Counted from the stretch's first letter, positions 49,604-60,901 are shown. The stretch: 62,193 nucleotides of DNA from Rhodospirillaceae bacterium (GCA_018699735.1 JABIRP010000348.1:1-62193), one strand, 5' to 3'. Numbers and translations: made by a program. Notes: generated by a model from the letters alone, not told the origin.

Positions 49604-51220
49604 ATGGTGATGGAGACAGCGACCCAACCCAAGCTAGAGCTGATCCAAGTTGCGGACGTGGTGGCTCGCGAAAAGGGTATCGAGCGCGAAGAAGTGCTCG
49701 AGGCGATGGAGCAGGCGATCCAAAAGGCGGGTCGCTCGAAATATGGCCATGAACACGACATTCGTGCGGCGATTGATCGCAGCAACGGTGAAATTCGGCT
49801 GACCCGATGCACCGAAGTGGTCGAAGAGGTCGAGGAAGAGGTTCGCCAGATCACGCTGGGTGAAGCCCAAAAGCGTGACCCGGCCTTGGCTCTTGGTGAC
49901 TTCATAGTCGAGCCCCTGCCGCCGATCGACTTCGGTCGGATTGCGGCCCAGACGGCAAAACAGGTGATCGTCCAAGAGGTTCGGCGAGCCGAGAGAGCGC
50001 GTCAGTTCGAGGAATACAAAGATCGCGTCAGCGAGACCGTCAACGGCATCGTCAAGCGGGTCGAGTTCGGCAATGTTACGGTCGACCTTGGCCGAGCCGA
50101 GGGCATCCTGCGCCGGGACGAACTGTTACCGCGTGAATCGTTCCGCAATGGCGACCGCGTTCGCGCTTACATCCACGACGTTCGCGAGGAACAGCGCGGG
50201 CCGCAGATTTTTCTGTCGCGCACGCATCCGCAATTCATGTCGGCGTTGTTCCAGCAGGAAGTGCCGGAAATCTATGACGGCATCATCGAGATCAAGTCCG
50301 TTGCCCGGGATCCGGGCAGTCGGGCCAAGATCGCAGTGATTTCCTACGACAGCTCGATCGATCCGGTTGGCGCTTGTGTTGGCATGCGCGGATCGCGCGT
50401 TCAGGCGGTTGTGGGAGAGCTTCAGGGCGAGAAGATCGACATCATTCCCTGGTCTCCGGATCCCGCTACCTTTGTCGTCAACGCCTTGGCACCAGCCGAG
50501 GTGGCCAAGGTCGTGCTCGACGAGGAAGCCGGACGGATCGAGGTTGTGGTGCCCGACGAACAGTTGAGCTTGGCAATCGGTCGGCGCGGCCAAAACGTGC
50601 GTCTCGCCTCAATGCTTTCGGGCTGGGACATCGACATCTTGACTGAAGCGGAGGAATCCGAGCGTCGTCAGGAAGAATTCCGCTCGCGCTCACAATTGTT
50701 TATCGATGCGCTCGACATTGATGACGTGATGGCCCACCTGCTGGTGGCCGAGGGATTTCGTTCGGTCGAAGAAATTGCGCATACCCAAATGGAAGACCTG
50801 ACAGACATTCAGGGCTTCGATGAAGACATTGCGTCCGAGTTGCAAACCCGCGCGAATCTCTTCATGGAGGCAGAGCGCGAGCGCCTGGATGGGCGTCGGG
50901 CCGAGCTTGGCATTGCTGATGATCTGGTGGCGTTTGAGGGCTTGAGCCTGGCGCAGGTTGTGACGCTTGGCGAGGCCGAGATCAAAACGCTTGATGATTT
51001 TGCCGATCTGGCCAGCGACGAAGTGCGAGAAATACTTGGTGAAGGCGCGTTTGATAGTGAGCAGGCGGATGCGTTGATCATGGCCGCGCGCGCGCATTGG
51101 TTCGACGACGAGGAAGAGCCCACCGACGAAGCACCGGGCGAAGCAACAGGTGAAGCATCGGGTGAGGGCACTTCCGAAGATGGGGCGACGGATGGCGCGG
51201 CGGAGGAAACAGGCGCCTGA
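49604..51220 (+). CDS. nusA: Transcription termination/antitermination factor NusA
   Basis: [29 protein letters not shown]-terminus, S1 and two KH regions ([27 protein letters not shown]), and a C-terminal acidic repeat region. Confidence 0.97.
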   Translation: MVMETATQPKLELIQVADVVAREKGIEREEVLEAMEQAIQKAGRSKYGHEHDIRAAIDRSNGEIRLTRCTEVVEEVEEEVRQITLGEAQKRDPALALGDFIVEPLPPIDFGRIAAQTAKQVIVQEVRRAERARQFEEYKDRVSETVNGIVKRVEFGNVTVDLGRAEGILRRDELLPRESFRNGDRVRAYIHDVREEQRGPQIFLSRTHPQFMSALFQQEVPEIYDGIIEIKSVARDPGSRAKIAVISYDSSIDPVGACVGMRGSRVQAVVGELQGEKIDIIPWSPDPATFVVNALAPAEVAKVVLDEEAGRIEVVVPDEQLSLAIGRRGQNVRLASMLSGWDIDILTEAEESERRQEEFRSRSQLFIDALDIDDVMAHLLVAEGFRSVEEIAHTQMEDLTDIQGFDEDIASELQTRANLFMEAERERLDGRRAELGIADDLVAFEGLSLAQVVTLGEAEIKTLDDFADLASDEVREILGEGAFDSEQADALIMAARAHWFDDEEEPTDEAPGEATGEASGEGTSEDGATDGAAEETGA

Positions 51221-51242
51221 TGGTCGGCTGCCTGGTCATCAA

Positions 51243-51854
51243 GTGACCGATGGCGAAGATGAGGCTGCAGACGGCCCTTTGCGTCGGTGCGTGGCGACTG
51301 GCGAGCGACTGAACAAGGCCGGGCTGATTCGATTGGTCGTAGCGCCTGATTGGAATTTAGTCGCAGACTTGGAAGAGAAGCTTCCAGGGCGCGGCGTTTG
51401 GATCACGGCCGATCGTGCGCAGATCGGCAAGGCGGTTGAGCGAAAACTTTTTGCTCGGGCGCTGAAATCGGCGATTAAGGTCGAGCCCGAGTTGGCTGAT
51501 CGGATCGAGGCCGGTTTGGTGGAGCGGTGCATCGCTTTACTTGGTTTGGCTCGGCGGGCCGGTGCGGCGGTCGCAGGGTTTGAGAAAGTAGGCGAGGCAA
51601 CGCGCACGGGTCGATTGTTGTTGCGCCTTGAGGCTGCAGACGCCGGGGAAACTGCCCGGGGCAAAGCGGCAGGCGCGCGAAAGGCGGGGTTTGAGACAGC
51701 TGATGTCTTGACCGCCGATGAGATGGGACGGGCCTTCGATCGGCCTCGAACGGTACACGCGGCGTTCCTCAGGGGCGCCGGCGGCGCGGGCGAGAGCCTA
51801 GCCGAACGCATGGTCCGGGAAATGGGCCGATTGGCGGGCTTTCGAGTTCGTTAA
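51243..51854 (+). CDS. YlxR/DUF448-type RNA-binding protein with an L7Ae-like C-terminal part
   Basis: LRRCVATGERLNKAGLIRLV...LPGRGVWI is the DUF448 motif, and the gene sits in the conserved slot between nusA and infB. Start uncertain: GTG 51243 preferred; the track start at 51150 overlaps nusA. Confidence 0.72.
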   Translation: MTDGEDEAADGPLRRCVATGERLNKAGLIRLVVAPDWNLVADLEEKLPGRGVWITADRAQIGKAVERKLFARALKSAIKVEPELADRIEAGLVERCIALLGLARRAGAAVAGFEKVGEATRTGRLLLRLEAADAGETARGKAAGARKAGFETADVLTADEMGRAFDRPRTVHAAFLRGAGGAGESLAERMVREMGRLAGFRVR

Positions 51855-51927
51855 ACGGCGCGCGACTTGGAAAAATTGGCTTAGGGGTGTATTGATCGGG
51901 CCAGGGTCCGGGAACACGCCGAGATGA

Positions 51928-51966
51928 GGGCCCGAGATCAGAGCCCGAGAAGAGAGCCCGAGAAGA
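51928..51966. repeat. 13-bp tandem repeat x3 in the infB leader
   Basis: gggcccgagatca (51928-51940), gagcccgagaaga (51941-51953), gagcccgagaaga (51954-51966). Confidence 0.85.
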
Positions 51967-51985
51967 GAGGACGCGTAGTCAAGGC

Positions 51986-54559
51986 ATGACGACGACGAAC
52001 GAAAATGACAAAGACCGTAAGAAGCTGAGCCTTTCCGGGCGCGGCAAGCTGTCTCTCGGCAAGACGATCGAGACCAGTCAGGTCAAACAAAGCTTTTCGC
52101 ATGGCCGCTCAAAAACGGTTCAGGTCGAACGCCGGCGCAAGCGTGGTGTTGCGGCCCCAGCCCCAGGTATGGACATCGCGGCGGATCCAAGTCAGGACAC
52201 GCTGACCGTCGAGGAGCGGGCGAAGCGCACGCGAGCCTTGAAGGAAGGTCTGGCGAATGTCGACGCGGCTGAGGCCGAGACGGACGCACCGGTCGAGGCG
52301 ACCGCTGAAGCTGTTCCGGTTGAGCCCGAGGTTCCGGCGACGCCGGCTGATCGGCGCCAAGCCGAGCTTGATGAAGCGCGCCGTATCGCCGAAGACGAAG
52401 CCGCTGTTCGTGCCGAAGAAGATGCGCGACTGACCGAAGAAGAAACAGCGCGTCAGCAGGCCAAGGCGGCGGCAGACCGAGCTGCGTCCCGTCAGGCCGA
52501 ACGCCAGGCCCCGGCACCCGCTCCGGCGGCGGCAGCCCCGGCCCCGGCTGCTGAGGAAGAGGATAATTCTGGACGTCGTGGTCGCGGGAAACGCGGCAAC
52601 GATCAAGTTCGCCGACCCACGACGCCAGGTCGGCGTGGCGGTGAACAACGTCGCCGTTCCGGTAAGTTGACGATTACCCAGGCCCTCGACGAGGGCAGTG
52701 GCGAGCGCACGCGCAGCCTTGCGGCAATGCGTCGCGCCCGCGAGCGGGAAAAAGCGCGGCTGCGGGAATCGTTGGGCGAAGGCGCCAAGCAGGTCCGCGA
52801 CGTTACCATCCCGGAGACCATCACCGTTCAGGAGCTTTCCAATCGCATGGCCGAGCGTGGCGGTGAGGTGGTGAAGTCGCTGATGAAGATGGGCGTGATG
52901 GCCACGATCAATCAGGTGATTGATGCCGATACCGCTGAACTTGTAGCGCAGGATTTTGGGCATAACGTCAAGCGGGTTTCGGAATCAGACGTCGAGATTG
53001 GCCTGCTGGGCGACGAGGACGATGCGGGCACGCTGGCGCCACGGGCACCGGTCGTTACCATCATGGGCCATGTCGATCACGGTAAAACCTCGTTGCTCGA
53101 CGCTTTGCGTGAGACCGATGTGGTTGGGGGTGAGGCCGGTGGCATCACTCAGCATATTGGTGCCTATCAGGTTACCTTGGCGTCCGGAGAGAAGATCACT
53201 TTCCTAGACACCCCTGGTCACGAAGCCTTCACTGAAATGCGCGCTCGTGGTGCGAACGTCACCGACCTTGTGGTTCTGGTGGTTGCCGCCGACGACAGCA
53301 TAATGGCCCAGACGGTCGAAGCAATTCGCCATGCCAAAGCGGCGAAAAGCCCAATGATTGTCGCGATTAACAAGATGGATCTGCCAGGTGCTGATCCGCA
53401 AAAGGTTCGCACCGAGCTCCTGCAACACGAAGTCGTTGTTGAGGAAATGGGTGGCGACGTTCTTGCCGTTGAGGTTTCGGCCAAGACCGGTGCCGGACTC
53501 GATAAGCTCGAGGAAGCGATCCTGCTGCAGTCTGAGGTTCTGGAACTTCGGGTCAACCCGGACCGTCGTGCAGACGGTACGGTTGTCGAGGCGAAAGTTG
53601 AACGCGGCCGCGGCAGTGTTGCGACCGTATTGGTCCAGCGCGGCACGGTTTCGGTTGGCGATGTTTTCGTCGCTGGCGGCGAGTGGGGTCGGGTACGGGC
53701 CCTGATCAACGACCACGGTCAGAACATTGTTTCGGCAGGCCCGAGCCAGCCGGTTGAAGTCCTCGGTTTGAACGGGACACCGACAGCCGGCGATGATTTC
53801 GTCGTCGTCGAAAATGAAGCCCGCGCGCGTGAAATCACCGAATATCGTCAGCGGGTTGTACGTGACAAGCAAGTGTCGGCCGGTGCCCGTGGCACGGTTG
53901 AGCAAATGCTCTCCGCCATCGCTGCCGGTCAGGCAGAGGAACTGCCAATCGTGGTCAAGACCGACGTGCATGGCTCGTTGGAAGCGATCCGAGGAGCGGC
54001 CGAGAAGCTCAGCAACGATCACGTTGCGGTTCGGATCCTGCATGGTGCGGTAGGCGGTATCAACGAGTCCGATGTGACGCTGGCCAATGCGTCCGGCGCC
54101 ATGGTTTTGGGTTTCAACGTTCGCGCCAACCCGCAAGCCCGTGACCTTGCGCGCCAAGATGGCTGCGAAATCCGCTATTATTCGGTCATCTACGACCTTA
54201 TCGATGACATCAAGTCGGCACTGACCGGCATGCTGGCTCCGGATCTCAAGGAAGAGTTCCTGGGCAATGCCGAAATCCGCGAGGTGTTCAACATCACGAA
54301 GGTCGGCAAGGTGGCTGGTTGCATGGTCACCGAAGGTGTCGTCCGGCGTGGCTCGAAAGTGCGCCTGCTGCGTGACAACGTGGTTATCCATGAGGGCTCG
54401 CTCAAAACACTCAAGCGGTTCAAGGAAGAGGTCCGCGAGGTGCGGGAAGGCTACGAGTGTGGCGCCGCGTTTGAGAACTACAACGATATCCAGGCTGGTG
54501 ACTTCATCGAGTGTTTCGATGTTAAGGAAGTTGCGCGGACCCTGGAATCGGTTCAGTAG
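51986..54559 (+). CDS. infB: Translation initiation factor IF-2
   Basis: 857 aa. A charged Ala/Glu/Arg-rich N-terminal region, then the GTPase motifs [20 protein letters not shown] and NKMD. Confidence 0.97.
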   Translation: MTTTNENDKDRKKLSLSGRGKLSLGKTIETSQVKQSFSHGRSKTVQVERRRKRGVAAPAPGMDIAADPSQDTLTVEERAKRTRALKEGLANVDAAEAETDAPVEATAEAVPVEPEVPATPADRRQAELDEARRIAEDEAAVRAEEDARLTEEETARQQAKAAADRAASRQAERQAPAPAPAAAAPAPAAEEEDNSGRRGRGKRGNDQVRRPTTPGRRGGEQRRRSGKLTITQALDEGSGERTRSLAAMRRAREREKARLRESLGEGAKQVRDVTIPETITVQELSNRMAERGGEVVKSLMKMGVMATINQVIDADTAELVAQDFGHNVKRVSESDVEIGLLGDEDDAGTLAPRAPVVTIMGHVDHGKTSLLDALRETDVVGGEAGGITQHIGAYQVTLASGEKITFLDTPGHEAFTEMRARGANVTDLVVLVVAADDSIMAQTVEAIRHAKAAKSPMIVAINKMDLPGADPQKVRTELLQHEVVVEEMGGDVLAVEVSAKTGAGLDKLEEAILLQSEVLELRVNPDRRADGTVVEAKVERGRGSVATVLVQRGTVSVGDVFVAGGEWGRVRALINDHGQNIVSAGPSQPVEVLGLNGTPTAGDDFVVVENEARAREITEYRQRVVRDKQVSAGARGTVEQMLSAIAAGQAEELPIVVKTDVHGSLEAIRGAAEKLSNDHVAVRILHGAVGGINESDVTLANASGAMVLGFNVRANPQARDLARQDGCEIRYYSVIYDLIDDIKSALTGMLAPDLKEEFLGNAEIREVFNITKVGKVAGCMVTEGVVRRGSKVRLLRDNVVIHEGSLKTLKRFKEEVREVREGYECGAAFENYNDIQAGDFIECFDVKEVARTLESVQ

Positions 54560-54613
54560 CACGGATCGCCGGGGCGGCACGGCCGCTCGCGAGAGTTCAT
54601 CGGGAATCCGCTT

Positions 54614-55048
54614 ATGATTTCGCGTAACCAGGGTCGTGCCTCCGTTCCGGGGGCACCCAGTCAACGCCAGCTTCGTGTCGGTGAAGAGATTCGCCATGGT
54701 CTGTCGAGCATTCTATCTCGTGGCGAAGTCCGCGATCCTGATGTGGCCGACACCTCAATCACCATTACCGAGGTCGACGTAAGTCCGGACATGCGGAGTG
54801 CGGTCGTGTTTGTCATGCCGCTCGGTGGCGAACGTGGTCCGGAGGCGGTGGCGGGATTGACCCGTGCCGCTTCGTTCCTGCGCTCGGCGCTTGGCCGCGA
54901 AGTTCGGCTTCGTTTCCTGCCGTCGCTGAGTTTTCTCCTGGACACCGGTTTCGAGCGGGCTGGTCGGATGGATCAGGTGATGCGGTCTCCCGAGGTCTCG
55001 CGGGACCTTGGACCGGACATCGCACCGGACGTTGACGAGGACGACTAA
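54614..55048 (+). CDS. rbfA: Ribosome-binding factor A
   Basis: SQRQLRVGEEIRHGLSSILSRGEVRDP...ITITEVDVSPDMRSAVVFV is typical of RbfA. Confidence 0.92.
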   Translation: MISRNQGRASVPGAPSQRQLRVGEEIRHGLSSILSRGEVRDPDVADTSITITEVDVSPDMRSAVVFVMPLGGERGPEAVAGLTRAASFLRSALGREVRLRFLPSLSFLLDTGFERAGRMDQVMRSPEVSRDLGPDIAPDVDEDD

Positions 55049-55049
55049 G

Positions 55050-55976
55050 GTGGCGCGACGCAAACGCGGCAATCCGGTCAATGGCTGGGTCATTGTCGAT
55101 AAACCCTCGGACATAACCTCAACCCAGGTCGTCGGGATCGTGCGCCGGGTGTTTGATGCGGCCAAGGCCGGACATGCAGGAACGCTGGATCCGATTGCGA
55201 CCGGGATCCTGCCAGTGGCTCTGGGTGAGGCGACCAAGACAATTCCTTACGTCATGGACGCGACCAAGGACTACTGGTTCGACCTGCGTTGGGGCGAGGC
55301 ACGAACCACCGACGACATCGAGGGTGATGTCACCGAAACCAGCGATTTGCGTCCCGAGCAGGCTGAAATCGAGGCCGCTCTCGGCGCCTTCCTGGGTGAG
55401 CTGGTGCAGGTGCCGCCACAATTCTCGGCGGTCAAGATCGACGGGCAACGGGCCTATGATCTGGCGCGTGATGGGGAAACTTTCGAGATCAAGTCGCGGG
55501 TGGTCAATGTCGAGCGCTTCGATCTGGCCGAGGTCGTCGATCGCGATACTGCCCGCTTTCGGGTTCGGTCTGGCAAAGGCACCTACATGCGCAGCTTGGC
55601 CCGTGACTTGGCCTTGGCGTTGGGCACGGTCGGCCACGTCTCGGGGTTGCGGCGTCTGCGCGTTGGCCCGTTCGATGAAAACATGGCGATTTCTCTGGAT
55701 TCACTGAAGGCCATGACGCATAGTCCCGCCGCTTTCGAGCACCTCATGCCGGTTGAGACCGCGCTGGACGACATCCCGGCGCTCGACTTGGAAGAGGCGG
55801 AAGCAAATATGCTGCGGCGAGGTCAGGCAGTTCCCGTGTTTCGGGCGGCCGATCGTGAACGACTTGGCGGACTGCGAGAGGGCGATGTGCTCTACACGGT
55901 TCACGACGGTCTTCCGGTCGCCATATCCCGGATCAAAGGCGGTTGTGTTTGGCCGATCCGCGTCCTCAATCTCTAG
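55050..55976 (+). CDS. truB: tRNA pseudouridine(55) synthase
   Basis: GTG 55050 lies directly after the rbfA stop. [14 protein letters not shown] and catalytic [12 protein letters not shown]. Confidence 0.93.
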   Translation: MARRKRGNPVNGWVIVDKPSDITSTQVVGIVRRVFDAAKAGHAGTLDPIATGILPVALGEATKTIPYVMDATKDYWFDLRWGEARTTDDIEGDVTETSDLRPEQAEIEAALGAFLGELVQVPPQFSAVKIDGQRAYDLARDGETFEIKSRVVNVERFDLAEVVDRDTARFRVRSGKGTYMRSLARDLALALGTVGHVSGLRRLRVGPFDENMAISLDSLKAMTHSPAAFEHLMPVETALDDIPALDLEEAEANMLRRGQAVPVFRAADRERLGGLREGDVLYTVHDGLPVAISRIKGGCVWPIRVLNL

Positions 55977-55993
55977 ACGGTTTGGAGAACACG

Positions 55994-56263
55994 ATGTCGA
56001 TTACGCAAGAGCGCAAGGCCGAGCTCATCAAGGAATACGGCCAAAAAGAGGGAGACACGGGTTCTCCTGAGGTGCAGGTCTCAATCTTGACCGAGCGGAT
56101 TTTGAATTTGACCGAGCACCTGAAGACCCACAAGAAAGATTTCCATTCGCGCCGCGGCCTTCTGATCATGGTTGGCCAGCGCCGCCGGCTTCTTGATTAC
56201 TTGAAGTCAAAGAATGACGAGCGCTATCAGGGCCTGATCAAGAGCCTTGGCCTGCGCCGTTGA
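55994..56263 (+). CDS. rpsO: 30S ribosomal protein S15
   Basis: ATG 55994 preceded by ggagaac. [57 protein letters not shown]. Confidence 0.97.
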   Translation: MSITQERKAELIKEYGQKEGDTGSPEVQVSILTERILNLTEHLKTHKKDFHSRRGLLIMVGQRRRLLDYLKSKNDERYQGLIKSLGLRR

Positions 56264-56291
56264 TTTGCGCCGTTGATATGCGCCGGTGATC
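56253..56291. repeat. 13-bp tandem repeat x3 spanning the rpsO stop codon
   Basis: tgcgccgttgatt (56253-56265), tgcgccgttgata (56266-56278), tgcgccggtgatc (56279-56291). The first copy contains the last two rpsO codons plus the TGA stop. Confidence 0.9.
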
Positions 56292-56318
56292 GCGATACCG
56301 CAGTGGCGAACGATTACT

Positions 56319-56355
56319 CGAAACCCCGTCAGAGATGGCGGGGTTTCGTTTTTTT
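56319..56355 (+). terminator. Rho-independent terminator after rpsO
   Basis: cgaaaccccg (56319-56328) pairs with cggggtttcg (56339-56348), 10-bp stem and 10-nt loop, followed by 7 T (56349-56355). Confidence 0.85.
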
Positions 56356-56513
56356 GCACATACCGGAATTCCGGATTTGACCGGGCCCTCGTTCCATGTC
56401 AAAGAAGGCCCGCTCGAAAAAGGATATGAAACAGTTGGACCGAACCGTTAGTGACGCCATTGGGAACGAGCTAGGCGTCGAACCCACGAAAACCACGCCA
56501 AATTGATTTCGAT

Positions 56514-56541
56514 CCACCGGCGGCGCTGAGCCGCGCGGTGG
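56514..56541 (+). promoter_or_regulatory. GC-rich stem-loop in the pnp 5' leader (candidate processing/autoregulatory hairpin)
   Basis: ccaccggcggc (56514-56524) and gccgcgcggtgg (56530-56541) form 11 bp with one bulge and a 5-nt loop, about 70 nt upstream of the pnp ATG. The functional assignment rests only on analogy with the E. coli pnp leader. Confidence 0.35.
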
Positions 56542-56609
56542 TTGTGTGCGTGTTAGTTCGCATTGGGAACACCAAGAGATAGAAGCGGTCCTGGAAAGGA
56601 AGACGAACG

Positions 56610-58712
56610 ATGTTCGATGTTTATCGTAAAGAAATGGATTGGGGCGGGCGCAAGCTGGTCCTTGAGACGGGCAAGATTGCTCGACAGGCCGACGGCGCCG
56701 TGATGGCGACGCTCGGAGAGACCACCGTGCTGTGCACCGTGGTCGGCGCCAAGCAGCCGCGCGTTGGGCTGGACTTTTTCCCACTCACAGTGAATTACCA
56801 AGAGAAGACCTTTGCCGCCGGCAAGATACCGGGCGGCTTCTTCAAGCGCGAAGGCCGGCCATCGGAAAAGGAGACGCTCACCTCGCGTCTGATCGACCGT
56901 CCGATCCGCCCGCTCTTCGACAAGGGCTTCAAATGCGAGACCCAGGTGGTCTGCACGGTGTTGAGCCACGATCTGGAGAACGACCCGGATATGGTCGCCA
57001 TGGTAGGTGCCTCGGCGGCGTTGACGATTTCCGGCCTGCCGTTCCTTGGCCCGATTGCCGGTGCCCGGGTTGGCTACATTGATGGTGAGTACGTCCTGAA
57101 CCCGATGCAGCATCAGATGGACGAGTCCAAACTCGACCTCGTGCTCGCCGGTACCAACGAAGGCGTGCTGATGGTCGAGAGCGAGGCGCACGAATTACCC
57201 GAGGACGTGATGCTCGGTGCGGTCGTGTTTGGCCATGATGCATGTCAGCCGGTGATCGATCTGATCATCGATCTGGCCGAGTCGTGCGCCAAGGAGCCGC
57301 GCGATGTACCGGATCAGCCGGCCGAGGTTGCGACCGTACGCGACAAATTGGCCGCCGCGATCGGCGACGACCTGCGCGAGGCCTACAAGGAGCCGAACAA
57401 GACGGCCCGCCAGGACTTGGTTTCAGTGGCGCGCGGCAAGGGCAAAGAGCTGCTGGAGGACGATGCTGAGATCGCTGTTTCCGGCGGCGTCATGAAGGGG
57501 CTCGAAGCCGATATCGTGCGCGGGACCATTCTCGACACCGGTATCCGCATTGATGGTCGTGACACCAAGACCGTGCGCCCGATCGTCTCAGAAGTTGGTG
57601 CCTTGCCGCGCAGCCATGGCTCGGCGCTGTTCACGCGTGGCGAGACCCAGGCGTTGGTCGTTACCACGCTTGGCACTGGCCAGGATGAGCAGATCATTGA
57701 CGCGCTTGAGGGCGAATTCCGTCAGAACTTCATGTTGCACTACAACTTCCCGCCGTATTCCGTCGGTGAAGCCGGTCGCATGGGTACGCCGGGACGTCGC
57801 GAGATCGGACATGGCAAGCTCGCTTGGCGGGCGATCCGCCCGTTGATGCCGACGAAAGAGGAGTTCCCTTACACAATTCGCATCGTCTCGGAGATCACGG
57901 AGTCAAACGGCTCATCGTCGATGGCGACTGTTTGTGGCTCGTCTTTGGCTCTGATGGATGCCGGTGTGCCAATGGCACGGCCCTGTGCCGGTATCGCCAT
58001 GGGCCTGATCAAGGAAGGCGACCGGTTCGCGGTTCTGTCCGACATTCTGGGTGATGAAGATCATCTCGGCGACATGGACTTCAAGGTCGCTGGCACCTCC
58101 GAGGGCGTTACTTCGCTGCAGATGGACATCAAGATCACCTCGATCACCAAGGACATCATGGCGATCGCTCTCGATCAAGCTCGTGACGGTCGCTTGCACA
58201 TCCTGGGTGAGATGGCCAAGGCGCTGACCGGTGCCCGTGATGATATCTCCGACAATGCGCCGAAGATCACCACCATCAAGATCGCGGTCGACAAGATCCG
58301 CGAAATCATCGGCCCAGGTGGTAAGGTCATCCGCGAAATCCAGGAAACCACCGGTGCCAAGATCGATATCGACGATGATGGTACGGTCAAGGTTGCGGCG
58401 GTTGATGGCAAGAGTGGTGAGGCTGCTCTGGACTGGATCAGGTCGATTGTCGCCGAGCCGGAATTGGGTGTGATCTATAACGGCAAGGTGGTGAAGACCG
58501 TCGAGTTCGGCGCCTTCGTCAATTTCCTTGGCGCCAAAGATGGCCTCGTTCATATCAGCGAGTTGAAGCCTGAGCGCGTCGGTAAGACCACCGATATCGT
58601 GAATGTCGGCGATGAAGTGAAGGTCAAGGTCATTGGCTTTGATGATCGCGGCAAGGTCAAATTGTCGATGAAGGTCGTCGATCAAGAGACCGGCGCCGAG
58701 ATCACGGACTGA
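56610..58712 (+). CDS. pnp: Polyribonucleotide nucleotidyltransferase (PNPase)
   Basis: 700 aa with two RNase PH domains, KH ([11 protein letters not shown]) and S1 ([15 protein letters not shown]...GLVHISE). Confidence 0.97.
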   Translation: MFDVYRKEMDWGGRKLVLETGKIARQADGAVMATLGETTVLCTVVGAKQPRVGLDFFPLTVNYQEKTFAAGKIPGGFFKREGRPSEKETLTSRLIDRPIRPLFDKGFKCETQVVCTVLSHDLENDPDMVAMVGASAALTISGLPFLGPIAGARVGYIDGEYVLNPMQHQMDESKLDLVLAGTNEGVLMVESEAHELPEDVMLGAVVFGHDACQPVIDLIIDLAESCAKEPRDVPDQPAEVATVRDKLAAAIGDDLREAYKEPNKTARQDLVSVARGKGKELLEDDAEIAVSGGVMKGLEADIVRGTILDTGIRIDGRDTKTVRPIVSEVGALPRSHGSALFTRGETQALVVTTLGTGQDEQIIDALEGEFRQNFMLHYNFPPYSVGEAGRMGTPGRREIGHGKLAWRAIRPLMPTKEEFPYTIRIVSEITESNGSSSMATVCGSSLALMDAGVPMARPCAGIAMGLIKEGDRFAVLSDILGDEDHLGDMDFKVAGTSEGVTSLQMDIKITSITKDIMAIALDQARDGRLHILGEMAKALTGARDDISDNAPKITTIKIAVDKIREIIGPGGKVIREIQETTGAKIDIDDDGTVKVAAVDGKSGEAALDWIRSIVAEPELGVIYNGKVVKTVEFGAFVNFLGAKDGLVHISELKPERVGKTTDIVNVGDEVKVKVIGFDDRGKVKLSMKVVDQETGAEITD

Positions 58713-58751
58713 GCGTGAATCGACTTGTCCTGAAGAGATTGGGGCGGAGCT

Positions 58752-59501
58752 ATGGGCCAAATATCCATTGATCCGCCCCAACTTCCTGCAAATCGGATAA
58801 TTGCCCATCGCGGCGCGTCGGCGTTTGCGCCGGAAAACACGTTTGCGGCCTTGCGGGCGGCGGCTAGGCTCGGGGCAACCTGGGTCGAGGTCGACGTAAA
58901 ACTAACCTCTGATGGCGTGGCGATCCTGCATCACGATGCTGTCTTGGGGCGAACCGCAGACGGGAGCGGCGCTGTCGCAGACACGCCCTGGGACCGCATT
59001 CGCCAGCTTGACGCCGGATCCTGGTTCACGCCTGGATTTGCCGGAGAGCCTGTCCCCCGACTGGATGATGCCCTGCGGCTTTGCTGTGGCCTTGGGCTGT
59101 CGATGAACCTTGAGATTAAGCCTTGTCCGGGACGCGAGGCCGAGACAACAGCGGAGTTGATCCGGGTTGTGCGGCAAACTTGGCCGGACAATGGCGGCCG
59201 GCTGCTTCTGTCCAGTTTTCAGCTTGAGAGCCTAGAGGAAGCGCAACGGATCGGCCCAGAGTTGCCCCGTGCCCTCCTCATCAGAGAACCGCGTGACGGT
59301 TGGCTCGAGGACGCTGAACGCCTCGGATGCTGGTCACTCAACGTAAATCATAAGTTTATTCACACAGCCGAAATGCTTGGCGATATCAAGACCAAGGGCT
59401 TTCGGGTTCTCGGATACACAGTAAACGATTGCGCAACGGCCACGCGCCTTTTGGCGGACGGGATGGATGCGGTGATTTCTGATAATCCGTTGGTATTTTA
59501 A
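58752..59501 (+). CDS. ugpQ: Glycerophosphodiester phosphodiesterase
   Basis: IIAHRGASAFAPENTFAALRAA...VEVDVKLTSDGVAILHHD is the GDPD catalytic motif. Confidence 0.85.
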   Translation: MGQISIDPPQLPANRIIAHRGASAFAPENTFAALRAAARLGATWVEVDVKLTSDGVAILHHDAVLGRTADGSGAVADTPWDRIRQLDAGSWFTPGFAGEPVPRLDDALRLCCGLGLSMNLEIKPCPGREAETTAELIRVVRQTWPDNGGRLLLSSFQLESLEEAQRIGPELPRALLIREPRDGWLEDAERLGCWSLNVNHKFIHTAEMLGDIKTKGFRVLGYTVNDCATATRLLADGMDAVISDNPLVF

Positions 59502-59521
59502 AACGAGTGGCGCGCGCGGTA

Positions 59522-59833
59522 TCAAGTATCGGGCGTGTGACGGTCCGCTAGTTGGCGCCAATATGCGAGAAGATGGATGCGCACGGCGGATGGTACTGAA
59601 TTTTCACCGCGTTGCTCGTCGATTTTACCAATGAGCGCTTTTAGCGAGATGTTTTCGCGCTGCGCTACCGTTTCTAACATTTCCCATTCTTCTGGATTCA
59701 GCGAAATACTGGTTCGCCGGTCTAGCAATCTGTAGTGACGGCGAACCAAACGACCGTCGACTTCCCCAGTATCGTTTGCAGTCTCAAAGGTTTCTGCGGT
59801 CGAGGAGAAAAAGGATTTTTTATCTACAGCCAT
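59522..59833 (-). CDS. Ribbon-helix-helix (RHH_4-like) domain protein
   Basis: RRTSISLNPEEWEMLETVAQRENISLKALIGKIDEQRGENSVPSAVRIHLLAYW resembles the RHH_4 family. ATG 59833 is preferred over TTG 59854. The gene is visibly AT-richer than its neighbours. Confidence 0.6.
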   Translation of the reverse strand: MAVDKKSFFSSTAETFETANDTGEVDGRLVRRHYRLLDRRTSISLNPEEWEMLETVAQRENISLKALIGKIDEQRGENSVPSAVRIHLLAYWRQLADRHTPDT

Positions 59834-60059
59834 TGATTGATCGCTCTTTGTCAAGGTCCCTAATTTAGAGATACTATATTCTCTTGGATGAGGGAAAACA
59901 ATGCGCGTTAGATCACAATTGAGGCAACCATTGATAGGTTAATCAACCCTTTGGAAACCTTTGTTCACAGCATCAGCCGGCGCCACCACTCCCCAACTTG
60001 GGCTTTCTGGTTGGCGCTGCCAGTTGGTATTCATTCGGGCAAGTCAGCGGTGGCGCGAT

Positions 60060-60878
60060 TCACTCGCTTCCAGTGCCTGGTTTTGGGATTCCAACGGCAT
60101 GGAACCCACCATCGACATGGTGAATCTCACCGGTGACACCAGCCGACAAATCGCTCAACAGGTAAAGTGCCGCGTTCCCGACCTCGTCTAGGTTAACGTT
60201 GCGCTGGAGCGGCGCGTTCTGTTCTGAATGGCGAAACACATAGCGGGCGTCACCAATGGCCGATCCGGCTAATGTGCGCATGGGCCCAGCGGAAATCGCA
60301 TTGACGCGAATACCGTCACCGCCGAGGTCGGCAGCCAGATACCGCACGCTTGCCTCTAGCGCCGCCTTGGCGATGCCCATGACATTGTAATTCGGAATTG
60401 TGCGTTCGGCCCCTAGATAGGTGAGCGTCAGCAACGATCCACCATTGTCCATCAATCGAGAGGCGTGCCGGGCAACGGCCGTGAAGGAATAGCAGGATAC
60501 ATCCAGTGTCTGACGGAAGTTCTCGCGACTGGTATCGGCGTACCGTCCCTTTAACTCAGACTTGTCGGAAAATGCGATCGCGTGGATGACGAAATCAAGG
60601 CCCCCAAGGCCATCGGCGATCTGTTCGATCGACTGACCGAGGTCAGTTTCGTCGGCGACATCGCATTCCACGGTCAAATCCGAGCCGACCGATGCAGCCA
60701 GCGGCACGACACGCTTGCCGAGCTGCTCATTTTGATAGGTGAACGCGAGACTGGCGCCGTGCGCCGCTGCCGACTGGGCGATGCCCCAGGCGATAGAGCG
60801 CTCGTTGGCGACGCCCATGATAAGGCCCTTCTTGCCGGCAAGAAGGGCTGTCGGATTTGATGGACTGTCGGATTTCAT
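60060..60878 (-). CDS. fabI: Enoyl-[acyl-carrier-protein] reductase (NADH) FabI
   Basis: LLAGKKGLIMGVANERSIAWGIA N-terminus, Y-x6-K catalytic region (YNVMGIAKAALE), and linkage to fabB/fabA. Confidence 0.95.
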   Translation of the reverse strand: MKSDSPSNPTALLAGKKGLIMGVANERSIAWGIAQSAAAHGASLAFTYQNEQLGKRVVPLAASVGSDLTVECDVADETDLGQSIEQIADGLGGLDFVIHAIAFSDKSELKGRYADTSRENFRQTLDVSCYSFTAVARHASRLMDNGGSLLTLTYLGAERTIPNYNVMGIAKAALEASVRYLAADLGGDGIRVNAISAGPMRTLAGSAIGDARYVFRHSEQNAPLQRNVNLDEVGNAALYLLSDLSAGVTGEIHHVDGGFHAVGIPKPGTGSE

Positions 60879-60901
60879 GGCTTCTGGGATGGTAGGTTGA
60901 A

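Noticed and set aside
53204-54697. 497-aa minus-strand ORF opposite infB/rbfA
   Set aside because: Same reasoning: it is antisense to IF-2 with its clear GTPase motifs, has no recognisable domains, and has a biased composition.
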